Assembly: GCF_009834535.1 (NCBI RefSeq)
Contig: NC_045697.1
Location: forward strand, 21,888,001 to 21,952,000
Source: Camelus ferus
Lineage: Eukaryota
Length of the DNA: 64,000 nucleotides
Direction: 5' to 3'
Each line of letters begins with the position of its first letter. Position 1 is the first letter of the stretch. The position numbers and the translations under genes are program-made. A model generated the notes under the pieces. It was not told the origin of the DNA, searched no databases, and was given only the letters and a program-made list of their open reading frames with translations. Below, in pieces: positions 35,859 to 49,700 of the stretch.

Positions 35859-38800
35859 TTGTGATGTCAGTCATAATGCTGTGTGAAGAATGAAGCAAGT
35901 TCAGTAAAGTCTGAGAAGAGAAACCTTCATTTAAAAAAGTACCTGTTTTTATAAAAAAAAGGAAAAAATTCACCCTTCCTGCACCTGTGGCAACAGGTAG
36001 CCAGAGCCAGTGAGGCCACCAGCAAGCTTCCTTTCTTGTCAGCAGTTGTAGCTCTCAGGGCTGTGCTTCTCTCAGCCAGCCTGGTGGGCTGCTTCTGGAG
36101 ACCCTGTAGATCTCTGAAATAACACACTGACTAGCTAACTTCAAAGAATGAATCAATGAATGAAAGAACAAAGAAATGTACAAGTATGTACCATGTGCCA
36201 GGACTTGACTCTCTAGGACCTTCCACAATGTCATGTTCTCGTTTCATCAATCTTAGTTTGGCTTTCTCCCCAGAAGCAGACCCTGAAACAAAGGAATTGA
36301 GCACAAGTAGTTTGTTTGGAAGGTGGTCTCAGGAAAAACCAGCAGTGAGGTGGCTTGGTGAAATAGGCAAGGGAGCACCGGGGGTGACGTGTTTATCGAT
36401 TCCGTTACCACAGTGGGTTACTGGAATTTAATCCCCTTGATGGATTCTGAAGTCAGTGAGGATTGTGTGTTTCAGAGTTATTCCACACAAGGGACATTAG
36501 AGCTAAGGAATTTATACACCAACTCTAGCCAGTCGTGGATTAAAGACTCCTAGGAGGTGGCAGGTGGTTTGTTAATTCCTCAGCACTTCTAACCTACCCT
36601 GGACAAGCAGAACAATATCAAGTCAAAGAAAACTGTCTGGCAGTTGGCAGGTCCCAGCCATTAGTAAGTGCAGTAGGTATCCTTTAGCAAACCTACTTCT
36701 GGATCTCTGTTTATACAGCTATCCGGTATGTAGGTGATTAACCTAGAAGTTGACATCTGTGATATCAGAGCTAGATGCAAGTCTTTACTCCAAAGCACTC
36801 TCCCTGGTGCGTGCTGTGCATGGAGCATCCTCAAAGTTGTCACTATTAAGGGGGCAAGTCCTCAAACAGAAAAGAAGCAACACAGATCATTATCTCCTGA
36901 TCCTTCTACCTCATTCTCCATCGACTCACCAAGTTAGGTCCCCTCTTGATTGTAAGTGCTTTATATGGGTTACCCCGTATTAAATGGGGTTGCCACAATC
37001 CCTTGGATGAGTGCTATCCCTTGGATGAGTTTTACAGATGAGTAAATTAGGGCAAAGGATGCCTTGTTAAGCTCACACCACAAAACAAAGTGAACAAATC
37101 TAGGGAATCTGACCCCAGGAACCATGCTTTTAGTGATTATGCTATTTTGTCTTCAGATAGAAGAAGGGATGGATACATAGAGTGAATTGCACTGTTTTTA
37201 ATAAGAAAATGACATCTGGCAAACTTGCACTACAAAATATGGGCAAAAGAGGCAAGACCAACAACTTTCATGGTCCGCATAGAAAAGAAGGACCTAGTTT
37301 CTGTCTTTGGAGAGAGTGAGATATAGACAGTATCGTGGCTCTCAAAATCAAGAAATGGAAATGATAAAACTTAGGACAGAGGCTTAAATTTAGAGCAAAA
37401 GCAATAGGCATTTTAAAGCAAAATCTCTTCAATGTTTTGAAATATGTGGAAAAAGACGATCTAAAAGCTTTTTCTCCAGGAAGCTCTAGGACCCTCAAGA
37501 TAATGAGAAAGATAGTGTCCTGTACCCACAAGATGCTGAGATTCAGGATGTCAGAGTGGACAGCAGCCCATCAAGTGAGAATTAAAGAGCCAGAAAACCA
37601 AGGGCACAGGGGAGACCCCAGCCAGGGAGACAACCACACTGGGACTGGAAGACGTCATCAGGAAAAAATAGAGATCTCTGGGATGCAACACCCATTCTGT
37701 TCCCAAAGGCTGAGCCTCAATTTCTCCTACCTGAAGGGCACAGCGACCCCAGGTGATAGTCTGTTCGTATGACCTGTCCTCTAATGCAGAGCAGGTTCAC
37801 ATGAAGCTCCAGAAACAGCTCCAGAAGCCATGGTTGTCCAAAGTATGTGTGCAAATTAATGCTTAACAATGGCCCTCTACTGAATATTTAAATAAAATTC
37901 AAATGATATTTAAATGACTTTCAAAAACGTAAACTGTTGGCTAAGAAACAAGGCAGGTCTTTAAGGATTTCTCAGAAATAATCAGGCTTCAAGTGTCCAT
38001 TTGAGCCACAATACTTTGACAGAATGTCAAAAGGAGTCAAATTCTACATAAGCATCCCCTGCCCCCTCACCCCTAGCCCCACAGGCGTCCACTTAGCTGC
38101 CTTTGCTTTTCCCACTGGCGTTTTGCCAGGGATGTTGATCCTAGTTTTGTGACACTCCGGAGTCTCCAAGTACCTTAAGGACTATCAGATTCCCATAATG
38201 AGATTAATTTTAGTTCACTTCAATTTAAAAAGCAAATATATGTCAGACTGTACTTTTAGGAGGAGAAAATGACATGGTGAAATTAAAGGTCTTTGCCTGC
38301 TGGCGGGCTGACAGGGCTGACCTTGAGCCGAAGTAGATAATCCTGTCTCTGGGTGACTTTCCCACCTTATGCTGGTCAACATGCACTTCTCAGGGGTCTA
38401 CTGCTGTCTGTTGGCTTGCTCCCACCTGCAATGAAAAGGACAACCAGCGTGTGTGGAACACCAACTGAATGCTAGACGCTGCCCTGGGAAACCGGTGCAT
38501 CTCTGATCTACACAGAAACCCTGCAAGTCAGCCTTTGAACTCTCGTTTTGCAGAGCAGGAAAATATTTCAGAGAAGTTAACCGTCTTGGCCAAAGATCTT
38601 GAGTAATAAATGAATTGGCTTGCAATCAGAGATTTTTCTTGCTCCAGATCCCTTACGTGCTAATGAGGAGAGAAAAATTCCTTGTGGTGGTGTTTTTCTT
38701 CTCTCTTTAACCTTTGCCCAATAAGATGTTTAATTATACAGTAGAATCTACCTCCAAAGCATTGCAAGGCAGGCAGACCCTCCCAGAAACACCAAATAGA

Positions 38801-40289
38801 GGCAATGAGAAATTAAAGGTTTGAAATCAAGAAGTCAAGCACAATACAGGCTGATTGGGTGGGGCATGGGGTTCCTTTATGGCAAACCCCATAAAGATAC
38901 ACAAGACTGTTGCAGACAGACCCTGGAAATGAGTAATCAGTAAGCTAAAGAATTATTAACCAAATATTCTTAATAAAGACATCTCATAACACAGTAGAAG
39001 CAGCTCTAACAGAGTGAGAGGCAGGCATGATCAGAAAAAAAGTAACTTGAGACAGATTTATGAAGAAAAATCAGGGAAAGGAGAGCAGGCTTCAACACCA
39101 GCTCTCATTCATCGAGTACTCACATTGATCCAGGCTCTGTGAACCACGTTTCACATTCATCATCTCACATAATCATCAAAAATGTTATTAAAACACCCAA
39201 AGTCCTTCTGCTAGGATATGAACCTAGATCTATCTGATTCCTGGATATTTCCTAACCCCCATGATAATTAGAAATGGGAGAATGTCCACTAAATGAAATC
39301 AGATTTATAAGTGATCAGTTCTTTTATGGCCAGTAACTTCAAGGATTCAGATACTGAGCATTCCGTTCCCTGATACTGTGGAATCCTGTTTGTAATATTG
39401 GAATTTATATTACAAATTTTGTGTCATCAAGAAAAGTTTACACATTGTTTAGCCATCTTCTCTTTCAAAAGGCAGAGGCTCATTTAATGTGTCTGTGGCA
39501 GTTTCCCATTTTTATTATTGTTCACTTAATATTGACACTTTTAAGAGTAAACTTCAGTCTGGAGGATGACTTCAAGGGCAGCTGTGGAGGATGGTCTTCA
39601 GCTGTGTCTGAGCAGCATGCTTACACCTGCCTCCTTACTCTTGGTCCATTTTCTCACTTTGCAAATCTGCCTTTCCAAAGTACAGGTCAGAAAATTCTGC
39701 CTCTCCTGCAGCTGGATGCAGGCACATAATCTAGCATCTAACAATTAGAAGCAGCCACAGAGATGAGATGTGGATTTGGTGGTGAACAGCACGAGGAATA
39801 TGTCCCGCATGCCACACAGACTCCACCTCCTGCGAAGGCAGTGCCCGGGGTGACCAGTCCCCATATCCTATGTACATAGCAGCAGCAACAGCAGATTTTT
39901 GCCTAAAGAAGTCCCCCACCTGACTTGCCCCATGCCTACGCCCTTCTACCAACCCCTTCTCTTTCTCTGGTTGTGCATAAGTCATGGCAGAGTAACCTCC
40001 TAGCCTGACTCCAGTCATCCAGGAAATTCTAACCTGATACACTTGTGTACTTAAACCTTGTCTGCTTGATCTAGCCAGGGTAGAGTCTGTTGTTTATAGC
40101 AAAAAGACAAAAACCAAAACAACCCTGACAGGCACCCAAACACAAACTAGCTTTTGAAGCCCTATTACATCAAAGGATACAGGTTTTGTGAAAATATGAC
40201 TTCTGGGAATATGTGGAGGGAACGTTTTATCTCAAGGCTTTAAACTTGAAGAAAGTTAGCATTTGGAAAGACTTAAGTGATGGTCCTAG

Positions 40290-40821
40290 TGTTTCCCCAA
40301 AAGATAAAGACACCAGTTCTTGTCATACCTGGAAGACAAGATGGGAGACCATGAGTTGTGTAGCGAAAGATTTTAAAAGATTTATTTAAAAAAGAAAAAG
40401 TACACTTCTAAGAATGGGAGGAGGGCTGACCCAAGGGAGGAAAAGCGATGGTTTCTGTCTCCCCCTTTCTCTTACACCCTTGCTTAGAGATGGTCTTTTG
40501 ATTGATTGACAGCGCTTGTCCCTGGAGTGCTCAGTCATGTTTGGCCCCTTTGTGCATGTCCTTACCCACTGTGTACACAGAAAAACCCATGGTGGGGCCT
40601 AAACTGCAGGGTTAATTATCATACAATGAACACTGAGTCCCAGTTAAGTCCTTACTGTTAGCATGCACTCATGCCTGTCAGGTTCTAACTGAATTCTTGC
40701 TGGCACTCATTTAGAAGTAAAGCCCCTTTATGCTGGAGGCAGGCATAACACCGTCTTCCGGACCATCCTCCCTCTCCTCCACCTACCTGCCCAGTGCTCC
40801 CACTTATCTTCCTATTTAACA
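40290..40821 (-). mobile_element. Solo ERV1-type LTR (532 bp, 4-bp TSD ctag)
   Basis: TG...CA termini with ctag at 40286-40289 and 40822-40825; antisense polyA signal tttatt at ~40381. Confidence 0.85.
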
Positions 40822-41894
40822 CTAGTTTGCCTTGATCAGATTCCAGTAAGGACCTCACAGAGTTGCAACATAAGCAAGTTCATGCCTTCTCCTGCAGTTG
40901 TTTCTATACTCATAACAAGCAGGAGTGAGAAAAGCATTTAGGTTAGATACAAGCTGTATTTATAGAGAGCTGCAGGCTGTTTTCATATATCAGTAGGTCA
41001 TTACGACCCCGGGAAGATGATGGCACCACCCTTCACCGTGATTGATAGGAAGAATTCTGTTCTCTATCAGAGATCACATTGCATTGTGCTTAATAAATGG
41101 CTCAGGACCTCTATCAATAATTATGTCCCCTTGAGCATACGATTTCTTAATCTCTTGCAAGCCTTGCTTTCCTTGTATGTTGGAGCTAACATATCACTTA
41201 TAAAGATGTTTCATGAGTAACAGTTCATATAAAGTGCTACATATATAGTAAGCACTTTACAAATGTTAGATATGCTGTACAAATATGTGTATATGTATGA
41301 GTGTGTGTGTGTGTATATATATTTGTAACAATCATTTACCTTCTTAAGAAGTCCTAATCTCACATTTTTTTAGAACACTCCTGAATTCTATGACCTGCTG
41401 CCACGGCATCCAGTCAAGTTCAGGCTAGATACAACAAGGCAGCCTCTAGCTTAGAACATATGTAGAATATTATAAGTTCTCTACAGCTACCCTATTCCCA
41501 AACAGAGGATGCACTCCTAACTCAGTACAGGAAACTGTGTGTGTGTATGTGTGTAGGGTGAGGATGATGAAAGAGGTGCCTAGATGGGGGTGAGGGAGCA
41601 AAAGCAGTTTCAAATATTACTCATAAAAAATAAAGTCAAAACTCCTAGATCTGTTACATGGAAGATACCACAGTGGACATAAACCTTTAGTGTGACAGCG
41701 GTGGTAGATTTCACAGTACACAGCTGTTTGGCTTGACGTTGACCGAGAACACAGCCAGAATTGCCTAACTTTTGGTACCATTTCCCCTCACATCTGACAT
41801 GGCTTGATTATAACACTTAATTCCCTAGTGTTTTCCTCCAATCTATAGACTTCAACGTGGAGGCCTGTTGACTCTGCCTTCTTACTTCAGAGCT

Positions 41895-42235
41895 TTCTTT
41901 CTTTTTTTTTAATTGAAGTATAGTCAGTTATAATGTGTCAATTTCTGGTATACAGCATAATGTCCCAGTCATATCTATATGTTTGTTTTCATGTTCTTTT
42001 TCATTAAATGTTACTACAAGATGTTGAATATAGTTCCCTGTGCTATACAGAAGAAATTTGTTTTTTAATCTATTTTTATATATAGTAATTAATATTTAAA
42101 AATTTGGAACTCCCGAGTTTATCCCTTCCCACCCCCTTTCCCCCAGTAACCATAAAATTGTTTACTATGTCTGCGAGTCTGTTTCTGTTTTGTAGATGAG
42201 TTCATTAGTGTCTTCTTTTTTCTTTTCTTTTTTGG
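41895..42235 (-). mobile_element. L1 3' end (camelid-type)
   Basis: polyT followed by aattgaagtatagtcagtt...tagttccctgtgctataca. Confidence 0.85.
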
Positions 42236-42837
42236 TGAGCAAGATTCTACCTTGCTCACTAAAGTGAACTTTCTTCGTGGCTTAAGAGTAGGTCAGGAAG
42301 TTTACCAAAGGCAGGTAAATGTCCTTGCCTTTACCGGTTTGTAACACCCCCCCTCCAATATTACAAAGGAATTACACCAAACCTTTCAGAGATTTATGCT
42401 GAAATGTTCTAATCAGATGGACACATATTTTTTTTGTCTAAGATTCATAGAGAATAAGATGGTGCAGCTTCTGTTGGTAAGATATTGTGCTTAACAATTT
42501 GCATCTTTAGGAAGTGGCTGGTTTAAATCCCACAAGCAATTGATTATCATTGCTAATGAAGCAGACTAGATGTCCAAAAGTTAGTTTGAATATATTTTAG
42601 TATTGACAAAGTTTAATCTGTATATATTTGTTATTCTTGTTGCCCACAATCCTAATCTGTGTAGGAATTACAATTCTACTTGTTTGTGATTCCTTCTGAG
42701 GTTTTTCTGGCATCAGCACTTACACTAATGAAACAATTTGGTTTGGAAAAGTCTTCCTTGTTGGCTGAATTTAGGATTGAGTTTACAATCAACTTTTCTG
42801 ACCGCTGTCATTTTTCTTTGTTATACAGTCTAGAATC

Positions 42838-43050
42838 TGAGCTGTCCAGTACAATAGCCACCAGCCACATGTAGCTATTTACATTTAAATTAATTAAATT
42901 AAAATAAATTAAATTAAAAATTAAGTGCCTCAGTTGTTCTAGCCACATTTCATGTGCTCAACAACCAACCACACGTAGCTGGTGGCTAACTTGATTGGAC
43001 AGGATAGAGAGTATTCCTATCTACAGGGGAAATTATGTTCAGCACTGCTG
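42838..43050. mobile_element. MER3/MER33-like hAT DNA transposon
   Basis: gctgtccagtacaatagccaccagccacatgtagctatt...ctagccacatttcatgtgctcaa with internal inverted repeats. Confidence 0.75.
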
Positions 43051-43557
43051 TTCTAGAGGATATGTCAACAATGGTAAATGTGAGGTCATAGTAATAACAT
43101 TAATTAAAAGTACTCATGATTTGCTAGGGAGTTAAGAAAGAATATTGTTACTCTCATTTTAGAGCTTAAAGAAGCATGACTGGTGGGATATGGTTACAAA
43201 TAATTTAAATTGTGTCTCCCACTGCCTTTGGGTGGGGCTACTTTTCTTCTCGCTCCTATGTGAAAACTTAGTCCAGGACTTTTCTGGTCACTCTGAGAAC
43301 TTTCTGTCATGGCTTTAAATCATGAAACACACCATCAATTCAATAATTAGAATGTCTAGTCCTATGTAATTATCAAAGCTCTGAAGCTGATTTCAAATTG
43401 AAGCTTCTCTCTTCCTGCAGTCTGGGACCAGAGCTGGCAGGAAGACGTCATATGATAAGGGAGGTTTAGTCAGCTTCTTCCCTGTTTGTCTGCCAAGCAC
43501 ATGTTTTCCTCCTCTGTCAGCTTGACTGTAACAGCTGGTTCTAAGATAATGCATCTA

Positions 43558-43891
43558 TTATTATGGTCTGAATGTTCACGTCCCCTCCCCAGCTCCAGAA
43601 TTCGTATGTCGAAACCTAATGTCCAATATGATTGCAGTGGCAGGCAGGGCCTGTGGGAGGTGACTGGGATTGGTGCTGGTATGAAAGAGGCCCAGGAAAG
43701 CTCCCTTGTCCCTTTCACCATGTGGGGTTCCAGGTGGAAGGCACCAGCCGGAATGGGCTTTCCTCACATGCTGCATCTGCCGGTGGCATGGTCTTAGACT
43801 TCTCAGCCTCCAGAACTGTGTGAAATAAATGCTGTTTATGAAGCACCCAGGTTATGGTATTTTGTTATAGCAGCCCAAATGGACTAAGACA
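43558..43891 (+). mobile_element. MaLR solo LTR (MLT1A-like)
   Basis: tatggtctgaatgtt...gacttctcagcctccagaactgtg...ttttgttatagcagcccaaatggactaagaca. Confidence 0.85.
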
Positions 43892-44484
43892 ACTTTCACT
43901 GGCATTTCTGTAAGTTTTCTAGTGATTTTTCCATTCCCGAGGACATCTCTACATTTCCTTTGTCAAACATGTCTATTCTGTGGAATGAAGAGATAGGGTA
44001 TAGCTTCCTTTCATTTCCATCCCTAGGTTTCCATTTCCTCTACTGAGGTCTGTTTGCCCCTCCAGGTAAGATTGTTCACTAGGATCACTCTATCTTGCAT
44101 CTTCTTTATACTCATGATTAATCTCTGATCCATGGGAAACATCCTTTGCCCTGAATACACTCTGGGGATTTAGATTACTAGACAAAGCAGCAAGCTCTCC
44201 TGTTTCCACCACTGGAGTGGCTAGGCTTCCAGCCATTCATTCTTTCCACTAATCAGACTTGCTGTGGATGCCAGCCAACCGTGTCCTCCAAAGTTCAGGA
44301 GAGACATGTTAATGAGCCCTTAGAGTGGTCACCTTAAAGCTACTATCTTGTAATTGAGGGAGCTGGAATTCACAGGATGGCTCTCACCAAAGAAAATTTC
44401 CCCAATCTCTAGCTCTGAAATTTTTGTATACCCTCAGTATGGATGAGTAGATTATGAGCCATTTAATAGGGTTTTAAAGGATTT

Positions 44485-46978
44485 CCTTTTTTTTCCTGTA
44501 ATGTATAAACTTCAGTAGTTTTTGATTATAGTCACAGAATTGTACAATCATCACCATACTAAATTCAAAACATTTCATCACTCCCAAAAGAAATAGTACT
44601 GTGTACATTAGCAGTCACTCCCCATTCCTCCTGATTGCCCCAGACCTAGGCAATAACTAATCTACTTTATACCTCTGTAGATTTACTTATTCTGAACATT
44701 TTATTTAAATAAACTCATACAATATGTTGCCATTTGTAATTGGCTTCTTTCACTTAATCTAATGTTTTCAAAGTTTGTGTTTTAGGATGTTTCAATAATT
44801 AATTCCTTTTCATTGTGAAAAAGTATTGTATGGATATACCACATTTTGTTTATCCATTCATCACTTAAAATGGAAATTTGGGTTTTTTCCACATTTTGGC
44901 TATGATGATTAATGCTGCTATGAACATTTGCATAGAAGTTTTTGTGTGGACATATTTTATGATTTCTCCTGGGACTGTACATAGGAGTTTAATTGCTGCA
45001 TCATATGGTAACTCCGGGTTTAACATCTTTTAAGAACTGCCAAAGTATATTCCAAAGGGTCTATGTCATTTTACATTCTAATCAGCCATTTATGAAGGTT
45101 TTAATTTCTTCATATTCTTGTCAACACTTATTGTCTGTCTTTTTGTATTGTAGTCACCCTAGTAGATGTGAAGTGATATCCTGTGTGTTTTTGATTTGCA
45201 TTTTCTTGCTGGCTCATGGTGTCGAGTATCTTTTCATTTGCTTATTGGACATTTGTTGTCTTTGAAGAAATGTCTGTTCAGATCCTTTGACCATTTTTTA
45301 ATTTAGTTATTTTTTTAATTTAATTGTAGGGTTTTTAATATATTCTGAATACAAATCCTTTATTAGAAATATGATTTGCAAATATTTTATTATGTGTGTT
45401 GTCTTTTCACTTTTTTTGACGATAATTGTTTGTAGCACAGAAGTGTTTGATTTTGACAAAGTCCAATGTATCTTTATTTCTTCTGTTACTTGTGCTTTTG
45501 ATGTCATATATAAGGCTTTGCCTAACCCAAGGTCATAAAGATATACTCATATTTTCTTGTTAGAGTTTATACTTTTAGCTATTATATTTAGGTCTGTGAT
45601 CCATTTTGAGGTATTTTTATATATGACTTAAGGAAAGGGTCCAACTTCATTCTTTTACATATGGATGTCCAGTTGTTCACTACCATTCATCAAAAAGATT
45701 ATTCTTTACCATATTGAATTGTCATAGCACCTTTGTCAAAAATCATTTGACCATAAATATAGGAGCTTATTTCTGGACCTCATTCTGTTCCATCAGTCTA
45801 TACGTCTGTACTTATGCCAGGACCACACTGTCTTAATTTCTGTAACTCTGCAGTCAGTTTTGAAATCAGGAAGTGTGAGTCCTCCAACTTTGTTCTTCTT
45901 TTTAAAGATTATATTGACTATTCATTTCCATATGAGTTTTAGGAATGCCTTGTCAATTTCTGCTGAAAAAGAAACTGAAATTTTGATAAGGATGTAATGA
46001 ATCTGTAGATCATTTGGGGAAATATTGTCATCTTAATATTAATTCTTTTGATATAGGAGCATGGAATGTCTTTACGTTTATTTAGGACTTCTTTTATTTC
46101 TTTCAACAATGTTTTGCATTTTTTAGAGTACACATGTTAATTTTTTGTTGTTATTGTTAAACTTTCTCTTAAGCATTATATTTTTTGATGTTATTTTCTG
46201 GGAAGTCATTTTCTTAATTTCATATTCTGATTATTTCCAGGGTACGGAATACGGATGATTTTTGTATACTGATCTTACATTCCTCATCCTTTTCAGAACT
46301 CTTTTATTATTTCTATTTTGTGCATTTTAAAGGATTTTCTTTTTTTAAGACCATGTCATTGGCAAATAGAAATAATTTTCTTTCTTCCTTTCCTACCTGG
46401 ATGCATTTTATTTCTTTTTCTTACCTGACTGCCCTTGCTAGAATATTTAGCACAGTGTTAAATAGAAGTGATGAAAGGCAGCCTTGTCTTGTACCTGATC
46501 TTGGGGGAAAGTATATAGACTTTCATCAGCAAGTGTGATGCTAGCTATGTTCTTTTTTTTTTTTTTTTTTTTTAATAGATTCCCTTTTTCTGGTTGAGAA
46601 AGTCCCTTTTTATTCCAAATGTATGGAGTGTTTTAATCGTAAATAATATTTGATTTTGTCAAATGCTTTTTCTGTTTCTATGGGAATGATGATGTGTTTC
46701 TTTTCCTTTATTCTGTTAATATAATGTGTCACATTAATTGATTTTCGGATATTAAATAACCTTGCATTCTTGGGATAAATCCCACTTTGTTATAGGGCAT
46801 AATTCTTTTTATACGTTGATAAGTTTAGCTTGCTAGTATTTTGTTTAGGATTTTTACATATGTATTCATTATAGTATTGGTCAGTAGTTTTCTTTTTTAT
46901 GTTTTACGTCCAGTTTTGGTATCAGGATAATACATGATCTCATGGAATGATTGTGAAAGTATAAGTATTTCCTCTTCT

Positions 46979-47010
<32 letters not shown>

Positions 47011-48180
47011 TTTGGACGTTTGTGAGTCACATTAAATTTTCTTTAATTTCAATAGAGTTTACTAATGAGGCCATCTGGGCCTGGAATTTTTTTTTATGCG
47101 AAGTTTTTTTTAATTACTGGTTAACCCCTTTGCTTTTTATAGATATAGTCACATTTTCTATTTCTTTATGAATTGATTTTGGTAGTTTATGTCTATCTAG
47201 AAATTTGTCTGTTTCTTTTAGGCTAGCTCATTTGTTTCCATACAGATTTTATAATATTCCCTGATACTGTTTTTTTTTTAATTTATTTATTATTTCTGTG
47301 AGGTTGGCAGTGATGCACCTCTTTAATTCCTGATTTTAGTAATTTGTCATCTTTTTTTCTTAGTCTATCAAAAGGTTTGTCCATTTTGTTGATCTTTTCA
47401 AAGAAACAACTTTTCATTGATTTTTCTCCTTGTTTTTCTATTCTGTTTTCTTCATTTTCACTCTAAGTTTTATTATCTCTCTTCAGATTTAATTTTCTCT
47501 TCCTTTTTGAATGTTATGGTGGAAGCTTAGGTTATGATTTGAGATACTTCTTTTTAATATAACTATTTACAGATACAAATTTATCTTAAGGCATTGCTTT
47601 CATTGCATTTCCTAAGTTTTATTAGTTTATATTTTCATTTTCATTTGTTTCAAAGTACTTTCTGATTTCTCTGGTGATTTCTTCTTTGATATATTGGTCA
47701 TTTAATTATGTTATATGATTTACACATATTTGTGATTTCCCTTTTTTTCCCTCTCATTGATTTCTAACATATTTTATATGATTTTAATCCTTTTAAATTT
47801 ATTTAGTCTTTTTGTTTATGGTGGTTGGGGACCTGGTGGTAAAAACATTCTCCAGGGTCTATGCTGGAGAATGTTCCATGCGGATATGAAAGGGGGGGTT
47901 CTGTTGTTTGGGGGTGTAGTGTTTTATAGATGCTCTTTAGAGACCTGCTAGTCATAGTTGGCTTCTGGTCTTGGTGGAGTCTTCTATTTGCTTGTTGATC
48001 TTCGTAGTTGATACTGCCTTTGAGGTATTGATATCTCCCACAATTATTGTTGAATTGTCTCTTTTTTTCTTCAGTTCTGCCAATTTGCTTCACATGTTTT
48101 GGGACTCTGTTAGGTGCACGTGTGTTTTTAAGTATTACATCTTCCTAATGGGTTGACCCATCTATGAACTCTACAATGTC
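44485..48180 (-). mobile_element. Old L1 (L1M) element, ~3.7 kb, degraded ORF2 and 3' UTR
   Basis: T-rich antisense L1; minus-strand ORF fragments [20 protein letters not shown] and DEWINKMWYIHT are L1 ORF2 motifs. Confidence 0.92.
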
Positions 48181-49019
48181 TATCTTTGAAAATGATAGAC
48201 ACTGTCTTTGAAAATGTGCACTGTGTTCTGAAACTTCATTTTGGCTTAAGGTGCTTTGGAAACTTTCATTTACCGGTTAATATTCTGTCATATAGGTTAT
48301 GTTACTTTTGCAGTGTTAAGAACCTAGAAAGAGAAGTCAGTGCCTACTGTTTTGCTAATTATTTAAATATCTTATGTTTTGTTTCTCACTCCAGGCCATT
48401 TGGTGAGAACCTAAGTATCTGACAACAAGTTAGTGCTTTTGGGAAACAAACACTTTTGGGTGCAGCTGAAATGCATGAGCTTTCGAATCATACAGGTTTG
48501 GGTCCTCATTCTAGTTTCTCTGCTTAGTGATCTTTTCATCTTTCTGAGCTGTAGTTCTCTCATGTGTAACACAGAAAAAAATTTACCTTCTTAAAGTTCT
48601 TATGAAAAGTGTATGAAATAGTATATGTAAGATATATGAATTATCAAAGTGACATGTATGTGATAATTCAAAACCTGTTAGTATCCTTGATTTCTTTTCT
48701 TATCTAGGTTAATAATTCTAATTTCTTTAAATTTACTTCAAATTAAAAAAAAAAGGAAAGCAATATAAGTAAGATAGAAAATTCAAATCCACTGAAAAAT
48801 ACATTGAGATTCAGTTAGATACATATGAACCTGTGACAAAGAGTAGAATAAATAAAATCAAAAGACAAATAATTTCTGGGGAAAGTATGGCTTCCAGTAC
48901 ATTTCCTCGCCTTGTGAAAATTGGTTAGTTGATATTTAATATGCAAAGAAATCCTAGAATCAAAAACAAAATACAAATGTTAAAAACAAAAACTGGAGAA
49001 AAATATAAGCAGGAAATTC

Positions 49020-49700
49020 AAAAAGGGAAAAATTCAGTGATGTCATGATGACATGATATTTCAGTTTTTAAAATGAAATATATTCATGGCAAACAATTAA
49101 AGATATTAAAAAGATACAATACAACACAGAGTGTAAAAAACTGGGAACTCAGACTTTCATGGAGGAAATGTGAATTGTTTAAATCTTTTTGAAAGTTAAT
49201 CTGGCATATCTATTGTAATTCAAACTGCATGTGTTTTAGCCACTCTCGCTTTGGAACCTATACTATAGAAATAAATATGCTAGTATGGAAGTAATCATTG
49301 TTTTTGGTTATAAAGTAATGCCAACATATTGAATTATTTTTGTATGGAAAATACCTGAATAAAATACAATATATCCAGACTCTAGAAGATTGCACAGCTG
49401 TGAAAAATCATAAATTATACTGCTCATATTGACCTGGAGAAAGTTTCATTAGTAAGCAAAGTATTTGGTATTATTTAACTTTTTATTAAAGAACAAAAAC
49501 AAATGATATATATGTACAGACGCAAGTTGTATGTACAAAACTAGAGTAGAATGAGGAAAGCTGTATCTCCAATGCGCTAGTATTTGTTACCTTAGGGGAT
49601 GACACTGGCCAGGGAATGGACATCATTTACTTTCCACTTTGTACATTTGTGCTGTTTGACTTGTTACAAGAAGCAAATATTACATTTCTAATTTTTAAAA
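49020..49700 (+). mobile_element. Very old L1 3' fragment (L1ME-like)
   Basis: gggaactcagactttcatggaggaaatgtgaattg...ttttgaaagttaatctggcatatcta. Confidence 0.55.
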